A model generated the notes under the pieces. That model did no database searches. It was not told where the DNA came from and worked only from the letters and a program-made list of their open reading frames with translations. Both the position numbers and the translations under genes were made by a program. A DNA stretch of 63,691 nt, filler included, from Choristocarpus tenellus KU-1152 (Eukaryota > Protista > Phaeophyceae), in assembly GCA_964200185.2 (NCBI GenBank). It is 9 parts of 9 records of this genome, joined end to end, with 100 filler letters (N's around TTAATTAATTAA, not from the genome) between each part and the next. Parts side by side here need not be neighbours in the genome. Positions count along the whole stretch, not along the records: positions 44,200 to 53,267 come from CAXNAD020004027.1; positions 53,368 to 60,206 come from CAXNAD020007242.1; positions 60,307 to 63,691 come from CAXNAD020020396.1; 6 more parts are not named here. One strand, given 5' to 3'. Positions 51,145-63,296 of the stretch are shown here, piece after piece (the stretch's first letter is position 1; each line of letters begins with the position of its first letter).

Positions 51145-53267
51145 GGAGAGTTGATTATGTTCAGTGCAGGGGTGAGGTGGGCTAAGTTGGAATAGTAGAT
51201 TTAGGGCTAGGTCAGATATAGAGCAGAAAAGGGTATGTTTCTGTTTCTAAGAGTAAGATGGCCAATGTGTTGAGGGGTAGGCTGGAGACTGTTTGGTTCC
51301 AAATGTTTTTATGCGAGACAGGGGGGGGGGGTTGGTCTATGTCGATTTTACAGAGGTTTTTTTAATTTTTCTTTTTAAAGAAGATGGAAGACATTGAAAA
51401 AAGGACGCCAATAAGGATAACTTGCTTCTGCAAACTGAACGGACTCTCAGAAAAAGCACCAAAATATATATCATGCCTGTGGATAGAGTGATACGAAAAC
51501 ATGTGTCGCCAGAAACTCAGAGGGATCCCTAAAAGTGAACAGGACCTCCCTCTCAGATACTTCCTGGCTCATATAAAGGGCTCAAGTTAGGTTTACGGTT
51601 TACTGCACAAGAACAGGGTTAGGGTTTTAAAGATCAGGGCAGGGCTTGTGTAGATAACACCGCTCACAATCATGTATACACTGTATTCAAACTGTTCCCA
51701 TGGAGTACTTCAGGAGTGTATTAGTGAACACTGAAGCAGGTGGGTGAGTCTTTTTTTTCTAGGCCTGGTCCTGGTCTGGACTCTTCCGAGATTTTAGTAG
51801 ACGAAAGTAGTTACTATTAATATTCTTGTCTCCACAGTTGTTTTACCTGTTGTTGTCGTTGTGAATTATGAGGTTTGGAGGATATTCTTTGTTCTTTCGA
51901 CACAAAATATGTTCAGTTCTCAATTAAAATCGATTTCTTCAGTTGTCTGAAGTGCTGGGGACTGTTGGTATGACACCACAAGGAAATTTCTGCGGGGCAC
52001 GCAGATTGCATAGAACCTGTACAATGTCTTCATTGTTCATTATTTTCAACTACATTTTGTTGAGGGAGAGGAGTTGATTTGATCCTCAAGATTTATTTTT
52101 AAAATACCACATATACATGCACTTTGGAGTACTAACAACCAGTTACTGTTGCTCTTAAGCATAACAACATAAATTATTGTAAATTTCATTTAATAGGGTA
52201 AGTGGAGGTGCGACAGACTTGAGATGCAGAAGAAGTAGTAAGAGAGCTTTGTTAATAATCCTGATAAATGTACATATTGATGATAAGTGTGTACCTTGAA
52301 GTTCCTTTAATATTTTTATTATTATTGTTTTTATTCCAACTATGCCTGCATCCACGCACAAGACAATGCCTCCAAAATGCTACTTCTTGTCTGATGAGGC
52401 GACCTAGCACTTGATTAAGTGTCTCTCCCAAAAAGATATGGATGGCAAGGCATTTAGTAATCCCATTCTCATCATGACTACTACTCCGGAGTATAACATA
52501 AGTTTGTCAAAGACGAATGTGCATGTATTGTGGATGCATGCATGTGATGAGCTTTTTGGTATATGTCATCAAGTGATGTATTGCGTGTGTGTGTGTGTGT
52601 GCCTGTATGCGGGTTTTTTCAGTGCCTTATAAATAGCATGATGGTTGCATTCACTGAAACGGTATTAGCACTAATTATAGTGTCCACTGAGCAATGGACT
52701 GTTGGTCATTCATCATACAGATGACTAGATAGGTGGGAATTCTACATTTGCAATACATCCTAGCTCTACTATTGAAACAGTTATTTGCTGCTAGCATGGG
52801 AAGGCATGTATCATTCATTAGACAGGGATATCATCTGTGCTGTTGCCGTAGTAGTAGTAGTAGTGCACATAGTGGACAGACACAACATGTAACAGCCGAT
52901 CATCAAAATTGAGGATGAGCGAGACGCGGATTGGTGTGCGGAAAGTGCATATATGTTTTTTTTTAATGTTGCGGCACTTTTGGAAGGCCCCGCTACGAAT
53001 GGGAATCCATCCCGACGAAGGTGGTAGTAGGACAGTGTGTGGGGGGTGGCAACAATTTCGTTTGATCGTCATGTACATGTATGCCCTGCGTTGGCTGGCT
53101 TGCTTGAATTGAAAGCGCGTTCGTGATCAAACTCTCTCTTAAACACCGTTATTCTATGGTTTCCGTCCAGTGTGCGTCCTTGAACGGTAAGCGCAGTGTC
53201 GGCGGTGAGCTCGTCCCCGTTGCCTAAGCAGTCTCGTTGGATGACGATGGACGGAGCAAACTGCTCG

Positions 53268-53367
53268 NNNNNNNNNNNNNNNNNNNNNNNNNNNNNNNNN
53301 NNNNNNNNNNNTTAATTAATTAANNNNNNNNNNNNNNNNNNNNNNNNNNNNNNNNNNNNNNNNNNNN
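53268..53367. other. Artificial contig spacer
   Basis: 44N-TTAATTAATTAA-44N. Confidence 0.98.
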
Positions 53368-53550
53368 GACCCAAAGTATCTGAGGGGGGGGGGGTGGGGG
53401 TCTAAACTAGGGTGTCCATTTGGGACAAATTCAGGAAAAGTGTATTTACATTGTCCATCCGACGGATGCAACCAAATCACCCAAAAATCGCGTCGTGAAA
53501 AAAATGACCCCAAAAGGACAGCCGCCATCCCCCCTGAGATACTTTGAGCC
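53368..53550. mobile_element. MITE family A full copy (inverted) at contig start
   Basis: GACCCAAAGTATCTGAGGGG ... GAGATACTTTGAGCC. Confidence 0.9.
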
Positions 53551-53695
53551 CTAAGGACACATGTCTTTCACGTGTGTTCGGGGGAGTGTCAGAGTTCAGA
53601 TAGGAACTGCTTGTTCTCTTGTCCGCGATTAATCACTATATTTTTGTTGATGGTATCACAGGAGGACTTTTTTTGTATATGGAAGTTTATCCTTT

Positions 53696-53971
53696 GAGTC
53701 AAATCAACTAAGAGGTAGACGGGATTGCAATTTAAGGATCCTGAGAAAGGGCAAAAATAGATACATTTTTGTACAATTACAGAAAGAACTTTTGCGGAAT
53801 ATTTTTGCGGAATTGTGCCGAGACTTATATGTGGAAAGGGGGAATATAAATTCTGCGCACACTATTGTGCACATACAGAAATGAAATAGATTGTGTTATT
53901 GTACAGGGTAAGATATATGACTTGGAATAAAAAAAGGGTCCAAATCTGCCTACCTCTCCATGGATTTGGTC
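53696..53971. mobile_element. MITE family C copy (inverted)
   Basis: CTTT|GAGTCAAATCAACTAAGAGGTAG ... CTGCCTACCTCTCCATGGATTTGGTC|CTTC. Confidence 0.8.
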
Positions 53972-54242
53972 CTTCACATATCTCGATTTGATTTTATTCT
54001 TTGTTTTGTCCTCTCTTGTAGGTTTGCTCCTTGATTTTTGCACATGAATTTTCTTCCTCCTACAATCTGTTTCTTCTTGTGAACCTTTCTGACCTCACGT
54101 CCGTCTAGACAGAACTAGATGTATGGAGTTGTGATGATATGAAACAATAAGGGAATGAACCCACTCCTCCTGTTGCCATTGACAACTATTCCCAATCCTC
54201 ATTGCAAACATCACACCACCACTTTCGATACGAACAAAATAG

Positions 54243-56652
54243 GTTGCTTGGCCCGGACTTCGAGCTCAGTATCGTCAATGGCGACTGGACAAAGATTGTG
54301 AGCGTCCTTGCTAGCATCCGTGACGTCTTCCCATGTCTACAACTAGAGGAAAATCGACCCCTGTTGAAGACACCATCACCACCCCAATTGCCCCTGCCTA
54401 GAGCAACAGACCCCCTTCACCCTTCACAAGGATGTCATTGCAGCATGTTCACTACTACTGTCATGAATGCGATCTCTGAAGCACACCCAAAAAAGGGAGG
54501 AATGGTTGACAGGAGGCCCAAACCAGAATTTGGGTCACCAAGACTAGGATTGTGGTCAAGGCTTGGATCAAAGATTCAACAAGGCTCTGAGGAGACGAAT
54601 TCAAGTCTACAGTCAGAGCGAGGGCCTTGGCTTTCACGCAAGATCAATTCTCAGCAAAATCTTGACCATATGGACAGGGTAAGGACGGTACCAGAGTCAG
54701 GGATAGTGTCAGAGTTTGGATCTGGTGTGGACAACAGCGCGCCCATAGAGCAGAGCCTAGGGATGCTTTCACTTCCAGGAGGAATGAGGCAGGAGTTGTC
54801 GCCCCTTACGGGGTCAATCAGACAGCAGGAACACATTCGAGACGTGGATACGGCAGGGAAATCGTCCTTGGCAAGAATATTTTCAGGGGACCCTAAGGCA
54901 GTACCAGGCCTCGAAAAAAATAGTGTTAGTGTTAAAAACATGATTGTGGATGACACCTTAATCACAGTGCTCCCTCAGCAAGCTCTTACTGCAGGAAATA
55001 TGATGGGGGGCCAAGAAAGCACTCTCCAGCACCAGCTTATAAGAAGGGAGGAGGAGGAGAATGTACGAGAGCGAGGGGATGAGGAACTCATTGCTTTGCC
55101 TGAAGATAATGAGAATTTGGTTGTGCGACAGGACGAGCCCAATGACCTTGACCTTCTATCATATTGTTCTAATACAAATATCCTTTTGCACGAGGCCCAT
55201 TGTCCAGTCAATCTTGTTGGTGAGAACTGTAAGGTACTGGAACTGGAGGACACTCGCCCATCTCCGTTGTTCAACAGACCCAAAGAACCTGATTTAGCAA
55301 TGCTTCAGAATGATCCTCAATGTAACAGCATCCAACTTGAAGAGGAAAAGGAGAACCCTAACCCTAACCCTTTCTGCCAAAGGAAGATGTCCGATTTCCC
55401 TCGCATCCCAGTATACTCTACTTGTGGTACAAACCTCGTGTTGGGAAAAGGACCTGGTCCGTTTCTGAAAGTGGTCAAACCCGATCGAGGCAAGGATTTT
55501 TGTTCCAGTGAGCCTAGGATCCTAGGTGTGCCATGTAGCAAGCACCATAATCTCAATCTTCCTTTAGATGCGGAAGCCCCTGACCCTGTTCTGACATTGG
55601 GGAAACCTCCACCTCATAACCCATTTACAAGGCCTCCTGGGCTTGACGTCTTGTGCCAGGACCCCTGTCGCTATCTCTCTGAAGAGATGGAAGCATTTGT
55701 CAAAGAACACTGGGTAGACGTGGATAATCCAGGAATGGTACCGAGAGGACTGGCAAAAGAGTGGAGGGGTGGACAAAAAGCTGGGAAAGGAGATCTGAAA
55801 GGGGCAGAGAGGGGTGGAGAAGAGGCAGTGAATTGTGAGACGGGTAAGGGAGCAGACCTGTGCAGCATCTTTGACAGAGGTTCTGGTAAGGATTTGACAT
55901 TGCAACAAGTAGTGTGTCCTTTTATTGACAGCGTAAATGACGAGGGTAGAGGACTGTGCAGGAGGTTCGAGGATAAGGGTGAGAGCAGAGGGTTGAGCAG
56001 CAGCCGCAAGGTTTCATGTGGGCTTGATGAACTTGTAGTGGATGGGTTTTCGTACTGTGATGGAGGTGTTCAATCTGCCTTACCAGTACCCAACCAGCCA
56101 CAGCAGAGCATGTCCGCTGCTTTTGGCCTCAGCTGTTGGGACCTCCTCCCCATCCCAGTACTGTCCCCAGAGATTGTGGATCGATATTCCAACTGGGATG
56201 CAAAGGATGGGTGGGTTGAAGGAGTAACCGAAGGAGACACTGAGGGCCTGGGATGTAGGGCTGAGGAGGAACAGAAATTGGATACAGCATGTGCAGAACC
56301 AGGCGTGAAGAAGCGTGAGGAGAATATACTTACTGCAAAGAACGGGGTAGAAACTGGAGGGAGAGGTCAATTTGGGCGAGAGAGTTTGGGGATGGAGGAT
56401 GGGCATCAAGAATCGAACTTTGCTCGATTACGTTTCAAGGCAGGGGTACAGAGGCAGGGTCCAGGTCCAAGGTCTGACCGAGTGCAGGGAGGTTTGAGTC
56501 CAGTTCAATGTGCAAAGTGGGGGCAGGGTCAAGGATGGGGTTTGGACCTATCCATGAAATACAGTCAGGTGGAAGACAGATATAGTCCTGTGCCACTAGT
56601 TAGGGACGTCGGTGATGTGGTGAGCCTTTTTGGTGGGCATGTTGAACTCGAG
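54243..56652 (+). CDS. Very large (2.4 kb) probable internal exon of an unknown, largely disordered protein
   Basis: An 818-codon stop-free frame (54202-56658) cannot plausibly arise by chance. Candidate acceptor TAG at 54240-54242 and donor GAG|GTTTGA at 56652. The sequence is G/E/P/S-rich with no recognisable domain. Confidence 0.65.
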
Positions 56653-57265
56653 GTTTGAGGGTTTGTATGGGGGATGAAGATAAGATGTGCATGGAGGAAA
56701 AAAATGCCTCCTGTGTCAATAATGTTGCCCTGCTGGTATGCTGGCCTTTTCGTGTCCTTGACCTCACAGTATTGAAGATACGTACCTACCTGCACTTGCT
56801 GTACTGTATTTACTGTGTATATATGATGAGCTCATGTGAAGGCGATAGGGATGGAGGTTTGACTCGATTGAGTCCAAGACTATTGGACATTCACCTTGTT
56901 TGTGTTAGCGGCAGGAGCACCTCCTGGGATTTCATCACTTGTATTGTGGATTGCTTTGGCCCCTCTTGCCAAAAGATGCACAAGTAGCGTTTTTCATGAT
57001 GTGTTAATTTTCCATGACTCAATGTCCTCTACAGATATCCATGCAATTGCACACTATCCTTTACTTCAACGCATGTACGATATGTATGCAGATTTGACTG
57101 GGCATAAAATATTTCAGGAAAGCATCCTTCACTAGTAGAACCTATATAAGTATGTGATATTAGTTTGAAATCTTGTTATCTCCATACCATCGGATGCCTT
57201 GAATTGATCAGGTGGTTTAATGTATTTTTTTTATTTAAATTTCAATCTGTGCAAAACACTCTAGT

Positions 57266-57514
57266 GAGTGAAAGTATCTTAGAGGGTACAAGTTTCCTGT
57301 TTGTCCATTTGGGGCTTGACATCCCATTTTTTGACATCTTCTTACTCCGAAGTGTTTCGGAGTAAGTAAAATGTATACGTTATGAACAGGTGTGTCCGGA
57401 ACAAGGATATTGATACTTACTAACAAACACGATAGCCAATTTTTCATCATAGTCCCAACATTGGATTTTGGCCCTCAAATGGACGCGGCCCTACACTCTA
57501 AGATGCTTTGGCTC
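57266..57514. mobile_element. MITE family B copy, TSD TAGT
   Basis: TAGT|GAGTGAAAGTATCTTAGAGGGTA ... TACACTCTAAGATGCTTTGGCTC|TAGT. Confidence 0.9.
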
Positions 57515-57840
57515 TAGTACTATACTGGAGTAAAATATATGCAGTCTCTATGTCAATACAGCATGTTTGAGTCATTTATTTAAGTCAACAAGAACCACTA
57601 ATTTGAAAAAGAGTTAAGTCCAAGCACAGCCCTGACTTTATCTGCATGCAACAACATCAGGGTATATGTAGTTGTAGTCATAGTCTACCTCCTAGTCCGA
57701 ATCTTTCCCCTGTCCAAGTCCTGTGCACTCACATAAGCGCACCCTGAATCGTGATTGTAGTGTAATCTCTGTGCTCCGCTCCTATATCCCCACCACTCCG
57801 AATTCAAGTATTATGTGTAGGAAGGCTAGTAGGTGAACTT

Positions 57841-58097
57841 GAGTGAAAGTATCTCAGAGGGTACGAGTTTTCCCTGTTTGTCCATTTGGGACTTGGCTTC
57901 CCTTGGGGTTTTTATGACATTTTCCTACTCCAAAATAATTTCGGAGTAGGTGAAATGTGTACGTTATGAAAAGGTGTGTCTGGAACAAGGATATTGACAT
58001 CTCCTAACAAACATGATAGCCAAAACTACATCGAAATTGCAACATTGGATTTTGCTCCCAAATGGACACGGCTCTACCCTCTAAGATACTTTGACTC
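57841..58097. mobile_element. MITE family B copy, apparent 3-bp TSD CTT
   Basis: CTT|GAGTGAAAGTATCTCAGAGGGTA ... TACCCTCTAAGATACTTTGACTC|CTT. Confidence 0.92.
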
Positions 58098-58877
58098 CTT
58101 ATATTTTGCTGACTCATCACCTGAGGCCCCCAAGGTGACCTCAGGTTGCTCTTCTTTTTTTTGCCGTGCATACTGTAGTGTTTTCTTCCCGAGGCCGAGG
58201 CTGTCGTTTTCAATCCTTCCTGTTATTGCGAACCAAACCTTGAGTCGTAGGTGAGCTGGCTATCCGAATTGGGAGTTGCACTGAAGAGACCTGGGGATTT
58301 GTTGCTGGGGGATGCCTCGGAGTTTTCAAGTGAGTTGTGCCAGCATTAAACGGTGGTAGACAAAAGTCGCTGCCTCATGCTGCCAATCATAGAACCTCAA
58401 CTTATCTCACCACCTTGCAATCCATAGATATTGCTTTACACAACAATAGAGGGCTACCCCACCCATTTGATTTACCACCCAGGGATTGAAGCGATCTTGT
58501 CTGAAGGAGAGGATCTTTATTTGGTTTTGTGTTGCTTGGCCGTATTTATAAACAAACATGGTCTCTCGCTTTGCTTTGCATTTTGCAAACTACTCAAACG
58601 CATTTTTTTTTTTTTTTTTATTTGCTGAGCATCCTTCACCTCAGAAAAAAACTGTACTGGCATTATTCTGGTACTGCATATTCTACGCATTGAGTCATAC
58701 ATACCCCCCATACATGATCTTGAAATTATGATTCTTAAAGAGAGAAAGGAGCAGACAATTGTCGTATCATATGTCAATACAATTGGTCCTATATTGAGCG
58801 TAGTTGGTGTATGGTTTTTCAACTCAAACCTATTTTCCCAACTCGACTGAATTGAGTTGTGTCGCTGGAATGAAACA

Positions 58878-59135
58878 GATCCAAACCGTCGGAGAGGTAG
58901 GCAGGTTTGTATTTTAAGGATCCTCAGAAAAAGCAAAAATACGTCATTTTGTACAGTTGCAGAAAGAACCTTTGCTGAGTTGTGGTGTGACTTTGTGTGT
59001 GAAAAAGGAGAATATCACTTTGCACGCATTATTGTCCACATAGAGCATTGGATTATAGTTTACAGCACAGGGTAAGAAAGGTGACTTAGAATGTAAAAGG
59101 GTCCGAACCTGCCTAATTCTCAATTGGTTTGGTTC
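58878..59135. mobile_element. MITE family C copy, TSD AACA
   Basis: AACA|GATCCAAACCGTCGGAGAGGTAGGCAGGTT ... AACCTGCCTAATTCTCAATTGGTTTGGTTC|AACA. Confidence 0.88.
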
Positions 59136-59347
59136 AACAAGGAGGGTCTAACACCGTAAGGTCAAAAGCCCCCGTGTCTGGTTAAGGCCTCACTGGAGGC
59201 GTGAAAATTGACCTTAACACGTTAAACTTCTTTTGTGTCACTTCTCCATTACCAGAAGCATCACCTCCTGCCATAGCTGAGATAGACTATCAAACCATGT
59301 TTTTCTCAAGAAGGGTGAAGAATATGTGAGTGATGGGTAGGGGTAGT

Positions 59348-59604
59348 GAGTCAAAGTTAACAAGAGGTACCCAGAGTTAAAGTTTTTGGATTCTTACAGA
59401 TATGTACAAAACTCGACTTTTCTGCAAATGCGCCAAAGATATTTCCTGAATTCTGTCGAAAAGTTTCAAATGATAGATAAATCAACGTTCTCAAGTCAAA
59501 CTTAGCACCCCATCTATAGAAGTATGGGTGAATTGTAAAAGACTTTAAAACTAGCTTCAAATGCAATACAATCGAAACCTGGGCTCCTCTCGATTCTTTG
59601 GGTC
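59348..59604. mobile_element. MITE family D copy (inverted), apparent 3-bp TSD AGT
   Basis: AGT|GAGTCAAAGTTAACAAGAGGTACCCAG ... CTGGGCTCCTCTCGATTCTTTGGGTC|AGT. Confidence 0.78.
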
Positions 59605-60051
59605 AGTGAAGAGGGATATTTTACACTTAGGCACAATCATCTAAGCACTTTTATTGCATACTCCCCAACATCCGCGAAATAGGTCTAATTAGAGGAGAGA
59701 AAAGTGCATAAATGATACTGGCAGTGTGTAATAACATGACACACGCGAACATCAAATGTAACCAACAACGGAGTCTGTTTTGCTTACATTTCACGACCGC
59801 TCAGTAGAGAATGAAGACCTCTCTATGCAACATATTAGGCACAATAGTTGTTTTGTGGCTTAGTAATAACATTGAAATATAGTGAACCAAAAAATAGAGT
59901 ACATACAGTTGTAGTTCTAGACTAGGAGTATTACGAGTCCTAACTCCAGAAAAAAAATAGCAGTGACTACACACTGCTTCTATGCCTAGATTCTTCCAGT
60001 CTTCAGGTGGCAGCTCCCTTCTCGGCATCCTTGGCAGCCAACCTGCAATAT

Positions 60052-60206
60052 GACCCGAAGTATCTGGGGGGGCGGCGGCGGTCTACACCAGGGTGTCCAT
60101 TTGGGACAAAACCAGGAAAGGTGCACTTACATTATCCATCCATAGTATGCAACCAAATCACCCAAGAATCGCGACATGAAAAAATTGACCCCAAATGGAC
60201 AGCCGC
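60052..60206. mobile_element. MITE family A copy (inverted, contig-truncated)
   Basis: GACCCGAAGTATCTGGGGGG...GGTGTCCATTTGGG...CCCCAAATGGACAGCCGC. Confidence 0.88.
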
Positions 60207-60306
60207 NNNNNNNNNNNNNNNNNNNNNNNNNNNNNNNNNNNNNNNNNNNNTTAATTAATTAANNNNNNNNNNNNNNNNNNNNNNNNNNNNNNNNNNNNNN
60301 NNNNNN
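60207..60306. other. Artificial contig spacer
   Basis: 44N-TTAATTAATTAA-44N. Confidence 0.98.
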
Positions 60307-60660
60307 GTGTTGGGTACCCCCTCATCTGTTGACGCCTGAAGGACTACTCACAGGGGCAACAAATGACACGAAATCCATACAAATATTAGTGGGAGTCTGA
60401 CATCATCTCGCTCACAAGAGAGAAAGTAAAAGGTTGTGGTATGTTGGGCATCGACTCGTCTGTTGACGCCGTAAGGACTCTACTCTTAAGGCCAAAAAAA
60501 AAAAACTTTCAAGCTTCAACAAGAAAAAATCTGTGGACGGTTTATTTAATCTATTTGTTCTTAACAATCGAGGGAGCCATGACAAAGGTGTACACGTTTC
60601 CCTCTTTGCGGAAGGTATGTTGTCGCTGGTTGGCCCGTCGCTTGAACGATAGCAGCTCCC

Positions 60661-62173
60661 TCAGGTCCTGACGATAACAAGTGGGAGGCATGAATTGTGA
60701 TCTGACCGAAAGTTGTGGAAACTGAGAAAATCTGACTGAGAAATCTTCGGAGCACTCGATTTATCGCTTGGATCCCCTTAAGTACAACGAGCAGTAACAC
60801 GGGACTTTGAATGACATTTAACACTTTTTTCCGCTGTCCTAAAGTAACAAGCTTCAACATACATACCTAATGGAATCACATCAACGTTCCGCAGGGACCA
60901 TTTATAACTGGTTCGAACCATCAAAGCAAAACAAGTGAAGTAATGAGTTCTTGTGGGTAGTTAAAAATTAATTTTTCAAAGCATCGATTAGGGCTTACAC
61001 TATCATCTCTGCAAGCATGTTCTGGGCCTCACCTCAATTAACACATGATTAACATTGAAGAAGAAATGACTGATGCACCACAACCCATCACCAGCATGGT
61101 CGCATCCAAGATCCCCCGTTTGTGACAAGGAAGAGACATAACGGACACCAAGGGAGGGGGTGAGTCTCAAACAGCAAGAAGGGGTAATACTTGTGTCTGC
61201 CAGGGAAAAATTCAGAGCAACATTCATTCAACAACGACACCGTACCGGATAGAGTGTATGTTATGCTCCAAGTGGGACATATCAATCATGTCCATATCCA
61301 GGTATTCTTGACTGGAGTTACCCAGAACTTCCTGAGGAGTTTATAAAATTGTGGTGTGGATAGTTGGACAATTGCATCGACAGCAGATGGACAAACAGCA
61401 GTTAACAGCCATCAGAAACCCTACCCCTGAGGTATTATTTCCTTGGCACTCTACACAAGATGTTTGAGGTTGGAGACACACACCAAGAATCTTAGTCAGC
61501 AATACTTTGGGGCATACACACTCTACTAATGATACTGTGGAAGGATCGATTCCACTTCAAGACTCCAAGCACAATACCTCAGTAATACCCACCCCCAACA
61601 GTTCGGACTACAGACCACACCAAACTCACACACACGCGCGCGCGCGCACAAGAGCCTGCCACCTTCCTCAACCACAACCACAACAAGAAACGCCTGCCAT
61701 CAAGAAGAAAAAGACACACCACATTTTCCAGTCATCTATTCTTCCCTCCTGTCCACAACTCCCACCACACGCACCACAAACCGCCCTGCCCCCCTCTACT
61801 CAAAAACAGAGCCCTTTGATCAAGTAGCAGAGAGATCACACCTTCTTGCTCTTCTTCCTCCAACTCTTCCTATACTGCCCGTACAACGAGCTCGGACGAC
61901 GCTGCATTGCCGCCTTTCTACCTTGTGCCTGTCCATCACCACTTCCAGGCATCTCAACCTTGCTCCCTGCTGCAGTAGACAACCTATCATCGGGCCCCCA
62001 GTCCACAGTGCTGGAAACTCGCAAGTCTGCCAGGGCCCCATCGGGATCCACGTTCCCCAGGACATCATTTGCCAGCTGGAAGCGAGGCAGAACAGAAGAC
62101 AAATCGCCACCCTCCGTGGTACTCCACCGAGAGCGGTTATGCTCCACCATTTCAGGCGTTTCAATATCACCGC
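60661..62173 (-). CDS. 3' four exons of an unknown protein
   Basis: Exons 62173-61842, 61331-61246, 60907-60867 and 60776-60661 join with GT-AG and matching phases (0,2,1): ...LYGQYRKSWRKKSKK-EVLGNSSQEYLDMDMIDMSHLEHNIHSIR-YKWSLRNVDVIPLG-DPSDKSSAPK...LVIVRT*. Confidence 0.6.
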
Positions 62174-62230
62174 CTGCAATAACATACGAGAATGCCGTGG
62201 TGAAAACGAGAGGGTACATTTTTTATTACA

Positions 62231-62263
<33 letters not shown>

Positions 62264-63260
62264 TGCATCACTTGCTTCAAATTAGTCTGGGGATCACTCC
62301 AACCTGTGGTCAGAGGCACTGCTGCAGTACTATTAATACGCACTGTTTGTAGTATTGACTAGCTGTAGCACTACAACTAATTGTACTGTATTTCCTCCAC
62401 TCTTGCCTCGCTTCTCACGCGTTGAGTTCAGCACTCCCACTGGACGTTGCTCCATCTCATGTAAAAAATAAAAAATTGTAAGGTACAAAACAGAGAGGAT
62501 ATACCCCGAAGAAGATCACACGATCCTTTCCTGACATCAACTGACTACACTATTGATACTACGATACCACTATCCTTATTATTACCATTATCATTAGCAA
62601 TAATAATAATAATAATAATAATAATAATTAAATTGGTCTTGAGGGGTCCCAGACCCGTCCGTGGTTGAAAGGTAGTCAAAAGAATATAATATACGCCTTT
62701 AACAACCAGGACCAAAAATCTCAGAGCATGCTTTGGTATATATATTGTGGGAGGGTTGTCAGGAAATCGTCCCTCACAAACAAACAAAAAAATCGATAAC
62801 ATTGAGATTAAGGCGTTACAGGTACAATAGAGCCATTGCCAGATGCTAAGGTGTGAGATAAATCTGGAACTATCTTCTAACTCATACCCCTTTCCTTCTA
62901 CAGTGTTCCCGTAGAGTTTTGAAGAGCACAGAAACTTATTTTTCCCCTTAGAAAAAGAAACAAAACCCGGCTCTATTATGAATAGTGGAAAACACCACAC
63001 CGCCCCTCTGCCCTGTGATTCAGAAAGGTAACAATGATGCGATCAACCTACTCACCCAGACCCCCCCCACAGTGACTACTTCACTTAGGGATCAATGCCT
63101 TAGTGAAGTCTTAGATCATGCAACAAGAACAACAAAAAGAGCACTCTCATCTCTCTCTCTCTCTCTCTCTCACCCCCCAAAACGACATCATTGCTCTAAA
63201 TAAAAAAAAGGAAATTTAAAAAAAAGGAAACAAAAAATCGGAACGGAGGTCTCTCTTCGT

Positions 63261-63296
<36 letters not shown>

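Noticed and set aside
4948-60306. Recurrent TTAATTAATTAA as a biological motif, or gene clustering across segments
   Set aside because: It is always centred in 88 Ns, so it is an artificial six-frame-stop linker. Adjacency across spacers carries no meaning.
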